DNA from: Polyangiales bacterium
GTDB taxonomy: Bacteria; Myxococcota_A; Polyangia; Polyangiales; Polyangiaceae
Direction: 5' to 3'
DNA length: 15,031 nt
Assembly: GCA_038231275.1 (NCBI GenBank)
Contig: JBBRLQ010000064.1
Location: 1-15,031 of the forward strand
Made by a program: the position numbers and the translations under genes. This document shows, one piece after another, positions 8,979-15,031 of the stretch. A model generated the notes under the pieces. The model had not been told where the DNA came from and did no database searches. It saw only the letters and a program-made list of their open reading frames with translations. Numbering within the stretch: the stretch's first letter is position 1; every line of letters begins with the position of its first letter.

Positions 8979-10922
8979 TTACGCTCGGGCCGTGTCGGCG
9001 GCGATGACGGCGAGCAGCCCGTCGCCGTATTGCTCGATGCGACTGGGGCCGAGGCCGAAGATCGCCCCGAGCTCCCCGGGCGACCGCGGCCGTGCCACGG
9101 CCAGCTCGACCAGCGTGCGATCGTGGGCGACGACGTACGGCGGCACCCCACGCCCGCGCGCGATCTCCGCCCGATGCGCGCGCAGCTTTTCGAAGAGCGG
9201 ACGGTGCTCCTCGCCGATCTCCGGCCTGTCCGCGCGCTTCGCACGGCGATTTCCGTCACTGCTCGAAGAAGACGCCGTGCGGGCGCGCGGCTCGAGGGGG
9301 AGCACCAGCCGCGCCGGGCCGCGCCCGGTCATGACTTCTCCACCTGCGCGCGTCACGTACGGCACGGGGTGATCGGTGGGCGTGAGATCGATCCACCCCG
9401 CGGCCAGGAGCGCGCGCAAGAGCGCCATCAGCCACTCGTGCGAGCGGTCGCGGAGGAGCCCGAACGTCGTCAGACCCGTGAACCCGAACTTGCGCGTCCG
9501 CTCCGTCTCCGCGCCGCGCAGCATCTCCGCGATCGCGATGAGGCCTGCGCGCCCCTTCGCCCGCGCCACGCCCGAGAGCGCCATGCGCACGACCTTCTCC
9601 GCGCGCGCGCGCTCCTCGCTCGCGCCGTCGGCCGACTCCGGCACTTCGTCGAGGGCCATGCAGACGTCGCAGTGTCCGCAGCCGCCGAGGGTCTCTTGCT
9701 CGTCGCCGAAATACCGAAGGACAAAGTCATGGCGGCAGCTCCGCGCGTCGAGGTAGCGCAAGAGCTCGCGGAAGAGGCCCCACGCGCGCGCCGTCGCCAC
9801 GGGATCGGCCGGCCCGTCCATCGACGACTCACACATCCGGCGCCGCAGCGCGATGTCCACGCCCGAGCACAAGAGGAGGCCGTGCGCCTCTTGCCCGTCA
9901 CGCCCCGCGCGCCCGACCTCCTGGTAATACGCCTCGATCGACGCCGGTGGCTGCACGTGCACGACGGCGCGGATGTCCGAGCGATCGATGCCCATGCCGA
10001 ACGCGTTGGTGGCCACGACGACGTCGACCTGGCCGCCGGCGAACCGGCTCGCCACGCGCGTGCGCTCCTCGGCGCTGGCGCCTGCGTGGTAGTGCGCCGC
10101 TTTGTAGCCGCGGTCACGGAGGAGCGCCGCGTTCTCTTCCGCGCTCTTGCGGGTCGCCGCGTACACGATGGCGCCGCCGCGCTCGCCCTTGCCGATCGCC
10201 TTCTGCAGCGCTGTGAGAACCGAGCTTCGTGCCTCGCGCGGCCCGTCCACGAAGCGCGCCTCGAGGTGCAAGTTGGGCCTCGCGAAGCCGCGAAGCACCT
10301 CCTTGTGAGGCACGCGATCGAAGCCGAGCTGCGCCAGGATCTCGCGCCGCACCTCTGGCGTGGCCGTGGCGGTGCACGCGAGGACGCGCGGCGGCTGCAG
10401 TCGCGAGAGGAGAGCGCCGATCCTCAGGTAGTCGGGCCGAAAATCGTGCCCCCACTGCGCGATGCAGTGCGCCTCGTCGATCGCGACCAGCGGCACGTTG
10501 CACGACGCCACGAACGCGACGAACGCGTCCGAGGCCAGCCGCTCGGGCGCGACGTACACGAGCTTGTACTCGCCGCGCCGCATGCGTTGCTCGCGCTCGC
10601 GCCGCGTGTCCAAATCGAGCGTCGACGCGAGGAACGTCGCCGGCACGCCGCGCGCGTCGAGGCTGCGCACTTGGTCTTCCATGAGCGCGATGAGCGGCGA
10701 GACGACGAGCGTGGTTCCAGGCAAGACGGCCGCCGGCAGCTGGTAGGTCAGCGACTTTCCGCCGCCGGTCGGCGCGACGACGAGGACGCGCCCCGGTCCC
10801 TCGAGCAGCGCATCGATCGCGTCCCGCTGCCAGGGGCGAAACGCGTCGAGGCCAAAGCGCTCGCGCAGGACGTCGTCGAGGTCCAGGGGTGCGGGCTCGA
10901 GGTTCAACGCGGGCATGCTCAT
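8979..10922 (-). CDS. recQ: ATP-dependent DNA helicase RecQ (helicase core, Zn-binding/RQC, HRDC)
   Basis: APTGGGKSLTYQLPA, VVSPLIALMEDQV, IDEAHCIAQWGHDFRPDY, TATA, ATNAFGMGID, YYQEVGRAGRDG, CRH...CGHCDVC, HRDC-like VPPYVVAHDRTL. Start could be 10916. Confidence 0.96.
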   Translation of the reverse strand: MSMPALNLEPAPLDLDDVLRERFGLDAFRPWQRDAIDALLEGPGRVLVVAPTGGGKSLTYQLPAAVLPGTTLVVSPLIALMEDQVRSLDARGVPATFLASTLDLDTRREREQRMRRGEYKLVYVAPERLASDAFVAFVASCNVPLVAIDEAHCIAQWGHDFRPDYLRIGALLSRLQPPRVLACTATATPEVRREILAQLGFDRVPHKEVLRGFARPNLHLEARFVDGPREARSSVLTALQKAIGKGERGGAIVYAATRKSAEENAALLRDRGYKAAHYHAGASAEERTRVASRFAGGQVDVVVATNAFGMGIDRSDIRAVVHVQPPASIEAYYQEVGRAGRDGQEAHGLLLCSGVDIALRRRMCESSMDGPADPVATARAWGLFRELLRYLDARSCRHDFVLRYFGDEQETLGGCGHCDVCMALDEVPESADGASEERARAEKVVRMALSGVARAKGRAGLIAIAEMLRGAETERTRKFGFTGLTTFGLLRDRSHEWLMALLRALLAAGWIDLTPTDHPVPYVTRAGGEVMTGRGPARLVLPLEPRARTASSSSSDGNRRAKRADRPEIGEEHRPLFEKLRAHRAEIARGRGVPPYVVAHDRTLVELAVARPRSPGELGAIFGLGPSRIEQYGDGLLAVIAADTARA

Positions 10923-10991
10923 GGCCGCACGGGGATGGCAATCGTCATGCCCAGCAGCGCAGCACGGATATAGCGCGTTTTTCGATCACGC

Positions 10992-11030
10992 GGGTGTCCC
11001 GGACGGCGGTCCCGGCGTCCTGGGACACTC
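10992..11030. other. GC-rich inverted repeat / hairpin between the recQ start and the IS end
   Basis: GGGTGTCCCGGACG (10992-11005) pairs with CGTCCTGGGACACTC (11016-11030) with one bulge and one G-T pair. No U-tract. Confidence 0.6.
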
Positions 11031-11057
11031 GCTCTGCGCGGGCCGCTCCTCCTCTAG

Positions 11058-11574
11058 TTACACGGCGGTGCAGAATTCGGTTGAAGGACCGGCCTGAGCC
11101 GCCTCGATGAAGCGGCGCCGGGTCGGACGCTCGATTTCGCGTCGGGGGCGGTCAGGCGGTGTGGCGGGCGATGGCGACCAGGTTGTTCGAAATCCCCGCC
11201 CAATAGGCGCTGCGCTCGATGCCGTGAGCGCCGCGGTAGCGCGTGCGGTGCATGTCGAAGGTGTGTTTGAGGCGCGCGATGCGCGCTTCTCCGCCTGCAC
11301 GCCATGCACGTGCACGGCGGAACGGACGACGACGCTCGCGTTCGAGCCACGCGACGGAGCGGTGACCGGGTTTTGGAATCGCGACGCACGCGACGCCCAT
11401 CGCTTCCGGGGCGCGCACGTTTTCGAGCGAAAAAAAGCCTCGATCCGTTGCGAGCACGCGCGGTGGTCGCTTGAAGACGCTGCGGTGATGCTCAACCGAA
11501 GGTACGAGCAGTGCGGTGTCGTGCTCGGTCACGACAGCGATGTCGGTGACGATGCCGCCTTCGGCTTCCTGCGG
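11058..11574 (-). mobile_element. Truncated IS remnant (ISNCY/IS5-like): transposase 3' portion plus probable right end
   Basis: Transposase fragment (next feature). The minus strand continues ~90 bp to ...GAATTCTGCACCGCCGTGTA|ACTAG, a plausible terminus next to a CTAG. Left end is absent; exact terminus uncertain. Confidence 0.65.
11152..11574 (-). pseudogene. C-terminal fragment of a DDE transposase (ISNCY/IS5-like)
   Basis: Frame reads PQEAEGGIVTDIAVVTEHDTALLVPSVEHH...LATDRGFFS...WRAGGEARIARLKHTF...RYRG...SNNL, with the DRGF aspartate and R...E..I..LK glutamate motifs. In-frame TGA at 11575-11577 upstream; N-terminal majority is missing. Confidence 0.85.
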
Positions 11575-11582
11575 TCAATTTG

Positions 11583-11648
11583 GTCCACCGACATCCACTC
11601 GACCCGAGCTCCCGCCTTGTCGCGTGTAACGCGTTTTAGGAAAACCGC
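11583..11648 (+). repeat. Direct repeat copy 1 (66 bp) with dif/Xer-like core at 11619-11646
   Basis: GTCCACCGACATCCACTCGACCCGAGCTCCCGCCTTGTCGCGTGTAACGCGTTTTAGG-A-AAACCGC; identical to 14813-14878 except position 11641 (A vs T). Confidence 0.95.
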
Positions 11649-11764
11649 GCCGTTACCGCCCGCATGGCTTTGCATTTCCAACCCCCTCGATGCAGCGTTC
11701 GAGCGGACTCTCGGCGATGTACAGGCGAAGGAGCGGGTAGCCCATCCACTTGCGCAGGCGCCGG

Positions 11765-14005
11765 CTACTTCTCGGTCGCTCGCGCCGCCTCCACCGGCGC
11801 GGGGGACGGTACGCTCGGAACCCGGCTGGCTCGCGCGGGCAGCGTGAAGTAGAACGTCGCGCCGGCACCGAGGGTGCTCTTGGCCCCGATTCTCCCGCCG
11901 TGCGCTTCGACGATCCCCTTGGCGATGTACAGCCCCAGCCCCGCCCCGGCGCTGCGCACCCGGCGCGCCTGCCAATAGCGGTCGAAGATGTGCGCCAGCT
12001 CGAGGCCGTCGATCCCGGGCCCGGTGTCCTCGACGGAGAAGCAGACCGTTTCCGCCTCGGCGCGGATGGCGATCGTGACGGCGCCGCCCTGCGGGGTGAA
12101 CTTGATCGCGTTGCCGATGAGGTTGGAGAAGATCTGGAAGGCACGCTCCACGTCTACGTCCACCAACGCGTCGCTCTCGCCGCAAGAGAGGCGCACCCCC
12201 TTCGACTCCGCGATCGGCGCGAGGATCACGAACGCGTCGGAGACGAGCCGGCTCGCCTCATAGGGCTGGGGCGAGACGTCGAAGCGGCCGGCCTCGATCT
12301 TCGCGAGATCGAGCAGATCGAGGACGAGCCGGTTCATCCGGTCCACCGCGCGCTGAACGCGTCCAAGCGTGCTCTCGGCGCCGGCGTCTCCCCCGACGTG
12401 CCCGCGGAGCACCGCTGCCGAGAGCTGAAGGACGTTGAGAGGATTCTTCAGGTCGTGCGACAGCACCGCGACCATCTCGTCGCGGAGGCGCACCGCCTGC
12501 TCGGCGCGCGCGATTTGCTTGCCGAGATCGAGCTCGATCGCCCGCCGTCGGAGGTCCTCTGCGGCCTCGATTTCGGCGGGCCGCCAGGGGCGCGCGCGCG
12601 CACGCACGACCTGCTTCCAGGCATTGAACGAGTGCCGCGGGTGGTAGCGCGCACCGCCGTCGCTCACCTCCAGGGTCTTGGTCGGATCGCCCGCCCAGGT
12701 GACCGTCCGAACGAGCTCCGGACGAAACCACAGCACGTGGGAGAGCGCGACCCCAGGGAGGGCCAACGCGAGCAGCCCGCTCGCGACGTGAGTGTAGTCG
12801 GCCGCCGGCGGGTGCCGCTCCGCGAGCGCGTCGGTGTGCAGGATACCCGACGACCCTTCCTTGGCGAGCCACGCGACGAGCGCCGAGATCTGCGCCGTCG
12901 AAGGGGTCGCGCCCACCGTTCGCACGCTGCCGGCAGCACACACCGCAGCGCCCGTCGCGCCGACGAGCGCGAGCAGGGCGTCCCCTCGCTGCACGAGACC
13001 GCTCGCCGGGTCTTCTTGCGCGTCGCGCATCGCATCGACGAGCGTCGCCTCGTAGCCTTTCAGCGCACTGCGCAAAGTCCGCGCCTCGATCTCTTCGAGC
13101 GCCGCGATCTGCAGCGACACCACGCGCCCGATGACCTCGCACGCCGCGCGCGCCGCGAAGCTGACGTGTCGCGGGTGCCGGTGATGGCAGGCGACGAGCC
13201 CCCAGAGCGTCTCCGCACGCACCAGCGAAATGCTCATCGACGCGCGAACGCCCATGTTTTGCAGGTACTCGAGGTGCACCGGTGAGACGCTGCGCAGCGT
13301 GGAGAACGACATGTCGAGCGGCGCGCCCGTGTCCGGGCGCAGCTCGGGGACGAGCGGGATCGGCGTATAGCCGGCGTCGGGGATCAGACGCAGCCAGTTG
13401 AGTAGGTACATCTCGCGCGCCTGCCGCGGGATATCCGAGGCGGGGAAGCGCAGTCCTCGGTAGCTGTCCACGTCGACCGCGCGTGCCTCTTCGATCACGT
13501 CGCCGTGTCCGTCGGCGTCGAACCGGTAGAGCAGGACCCGGTCAAAGCCGGTGATCTTCCGGATCTCATCGACGGCGATGCTGCACACCTCCGCCACGCT
13601 GCTCGGCCGCTGGAGACGCGCGAGGGCGCTCCGCAGGGCCGCGTCGCTCGCGGAGGCGGCGGGGTCGTGCCGCTCGAACTCGAGGATGGCGACGCCCTGA
13701 TGGTAGTGCGCGCGCACGTCGAACAGCGACCCGCTCACGTGCGCGAGGAGGGGCTCGCCGAGCGTCGACCCCGCCGCGCGCACCGTCGAGAGCAGCGCTT
13801 CCGCGGTGACACCGACGAGCGCGGAGAGCGGCCGGCGGAGCGCGTCCGCCGGGGCAACGCCGAAGTAGGTCGCCGAGTTCGCGCTGACCTGCTGGACCTC
13901 GAAGCGATGCGTGTCGAGGACGACGAGCACACCGTGCGGCTGGACGGCACCGGGGACGTGGATTGGCTCCACGTCGCAGGCGCGCGCTTCGTCCTGGTTG
14001 GTCAC
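11765..14005 (-). CDS. bphP: Bacteriophytochrome histidine kinase (PAS-GAF-PHY-HisKA-HATPase), 746 aa
   Basis: GTG start overlapping the bphO stop. N-terminal biliverdin-binding Cys in ACDVEPIHVPGAVQPHG, GFDRVLLYRF, FPASDIPRQAR, LRSVSPVHLEYLQNMGV, LWGLVACHH, PHY tongue PRHSF, H-box SHDLKNPL, N-box NLIGNAIKF, G boxes DTGPGI and GAGLGL. Confidence 0.96.
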   Translation of the reverse strand: MTNQDEARACDVEPIHVPGAVQPHGVLVVLDTHRFEVQQVSANSATYFGVAPADALRRPLSALVGVTAEALLSTVRAAGSTLGEPLLAHVSGSLFDVRAHYHQGVAILEFERHDPAASASDAALRSALARLQRPSSVAEVCSIAVDEIRKITGFDRVLLYRFDADGHGDVIEEARAVDVDSYRGLRFPASDIPRQAREMYLLNWLRLIPDAGYTPIPLVPELRPDTGAPLDMSFSTLRSVSPVHLEYLQNMGVRASMSISLVRAETLWGLVACHHRHPRHVSFAARAACEVIGRVVSLQIAALEEIEARTLRSALKGYEATLVDAMRDAQEDPASGLVQRGDALLALVGATGAAVCAAGSVRTVGATPSTAQISALVAWLAKEGSSGILHTDALAERHPPAADYTHVASGLLALALPGVALSHVLWFRPELVRTVTWAGDPTKTLEVSDGGARYHPRHSFNAWKQVVRARARPWRPAEIEAAEDLRRRAIELDLGKQIARAEQAVRLRDEMVAVLSHDLKNPLNVLQLSAAVLRGHVGGDAGAESTLGRVQRAVDRMNRLVLDLLDLAKIEAGRFDVSPQPYEASRLVSDAFVILAPIAESKGVRLSCGESDALVDVDVERAFQIFSNLIGNAIKFTPQGGAVTIAIRAEAETVCFSVEDTGPGIDGLELAHIFDRYWQARRVRSAGAGLGLYIAKGIVEAHGGRIGAKSTLGAGATFYFTLPARASRVPSVPSPAPVEAARATEK

Positions 14006-14637
14006 GAGCCTGCCAGCGCTGCGTCGAGCCAGACGGTGAGCGTCTCGAAGGTCTCGATGGCCGCGGCGATCGCGACGTCGGTGTCGATCGCGGAGGCTGC
14101 ATCGACGTGGCGCGAGAAGCGCGTCCACATCGCCCCGGTCGCGTCGCCGTAGCCGCTGAAGAACGCCGCGCCCCCGGCGGCGTCGAGGCCGAGCGCGGCG
14201 TCGACGTGGCGAAGGATGATCCGTCCGCCGAGCGTCGCGCCCTCCAGCACGTAGAGCACCCCGATCGCCTGCGAGGCGGACGTGACGCGAGGCAGGTCGG
14301 CGCAGCGCGGGAGCGCCTGAACCTCGGCGACGGATTTCCCGAGCGCGGCGAGGTCGGCGACGAGCAGCGCCACCTTGCCGCGATCCCCGAGCGCGAGCGC
14401 GACCCCGTGCTCCGCCGCTGCTCGCGAGAGCCGTGGCTCGAGCTGCGCATAGACTCCATGAAACGCCTCGAGCACGCGCACATAAGTGGCAAGGGTCAGC
14501 GACGGAGACATCAGCGGGAGCGACGCCTCGACGCGCGCGTGCGCGAGCCGGGTGGCCTCGCGCAGCCTGTGCATCGGGCTCTGCGTCGCGGGCATCGTCG
14601 GCGCGTGGAAGAGGAGCTGGCTCGGTGCGGCGTTCAC
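14002..14637 (-). CDS. bphO: Biliverdin-producing heme oxygenase BphO
   Basis: RLREATRLAHARVE (proximal His), GVLYVLEGATLGGRII, FFSGYG..TGAMW..F, AIETF. GTG start at 14637 preceded by AAGAGGTGA RBS (alternative ATG at 14595). Coupled to bphP by a GTGA overlap. Confidence 0.92.
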   Translation of the reverse strand: MNAAPSQLLFHAPTMPATQSPMHRLREATRLAHARVEASLPLMSPSLTLATYVRVLEAFHGVYAQLEPRLSRAAAEHGVALALGDRGKVALLVADLAALGKSVAEVQALPRCADLPRVTSASQAIGVLYVLEGATLGGRIILRHVDAALGLDAAGGAAFFSGYGDATGAMWTRFSRHVDAASAIDTDVAIAAAIETFETLTVWLDAALAGS

Positions 14638-14705
14638 GCTCACCTCTTTCCCGCAAGACGTCATCGGCGTTTGCATTTGCGTCGTGCGTGCCCGAAGGGA
14701 CGACG

Positions 14706-14736
14706 ACCATAGCACTCTGCAGACTTGCCGCCGCAA
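14706..14736 (-). promoter_or_regulatory. Possible sigma70-type promoter for bphO-bphP (extended -10)
   Basis: Minus strand TTGCGG-19 nt-TATGGT with TG one base upstream of the -10 (TGcTATGGT). Spacing is suboptimal; pattern match only. Confidence 0.3.
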
Positions 14737-14812
14737 GCCGCTCGAACGCGCAGCGCTAGCGCACCGCGCTTAGCTAATCTAGGTCATCCGTTGAGCGTAG
14801 CGCCTACTCAAT

Positions 14813-14878
14813 GTCCACCGACATCCACTCGACCCGAGCTCCCGCCTTGTCGCGTGTAACGCGTTTTAGGTAAACCGC
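14813..14878 (+). repeat. Direct repeat copy 2 (66 bp) with dif/Xer-like core at 14849-14876
   Basis: Same sequence as 11583-11648, offset by 3230 bp. Core GTCGCGTGTAA-CGCGTT-TTAGGTAAACC. Confidence 0.95.
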
Positions 14879-15031
14879 CCACGAGCCGACGGGGCCGCAT
14901 CGCCGACGACGAGGCTCACCGAAACGCCCAGCCCACCCAGAAACGCGCACGCGGACGCAAGCCCGGGCCCTGCGAGATCGCCCAGCCATAGGGCATCCCG
15001 CCGTCGTCGATCCTCCCGATGATGGGCGCCC

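Noticed and set aside
8876..9259. N-terminal extension of the 520-aa ORF
   Set aside because: Overlaps the recQ 3' end; the signal peptide follows ATG 8875.
11539..11595. 10-bp inverted match GATGTCGGTG (11539-11548) / CACCGACATC (11586-11595) across the transposase-repeat junction
   Set aside because: One arm is ordinary transposase coding sequence, copy 2 has no such partner, and a short GC-rich match is plausible by chance.
11529..11660. Shared peptide LKRVTRDKAGARVEWMSVD in ORFs 11529-12185 and 14804-14989
   Set aside because: Just the translation of the DNA repeat; no start/RBS context or coding evidence.
14006..14710. N-terminal 235-aa extension of the 981-aa ORF (apparent BphO-BphP fusion)
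   Set aside because: It overlaps bphO in a different frame and is low-complexity. BphP homology begins at GTG 14005, which overlaps the bphO stop.
11583..14878. Repeats read as CRISPR repeats, integron attC sites or an IS target-site duplication
   Set aside because: Only two copies 3.2 kb apart and no cas genes. No RYYYAAC...GTTRRRY long palindrome as in attC. The minus strand CCTAAAACGCGTTAC resembles attI1 but has TAA-N6-TTA rather than N7 spacing. 66 bp is too long for a TSD.
14879..15031. Possible gene or transposase 5' half after repeat copy 2
   Set aside because: No recognisable ORF or motif in the remaining 153 bp; cannot be called.

Overview
GC-rich bacterial window; the gene content (fused ccoNO, TPR/beta-barrel protein) suggests a Myxococcota-like host, which is inference. 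Left part (1-5775, +): a cbb3-type cytochrome c oxidase operon, ccoI(3' end)-ccoS-ccoNO fusion-ccoQ-mono-heme ccoP-ccoG-DsbD_2/TauE-like, followed by a Cys-type selD. Middle (-): a YdcF/DUF218 gene, an exported TPR + Gly-linker + beta-barrel protein, and recQ. Right part is accessory: the 3' remnant of a DDE (ISNCY/IS5-like) transposase, then a heme oxygenase + bacteriophytochrome pair (bphO-bphP, -). The pair is bracketed by two 66-bp direct repeats (11583-11648 and 14813-14878, one mismatch), each ending in a dif/Xer-like 11-6-11 core (GTCGCGTGTAA-CGCGTT-TTAGGWAAACC). The best candidate for an undescribed system is this ~3.23-kb recombinase-less red-light-sensing cassette delimited by dif-like sites, possibly one unit of a tandem cassette array.
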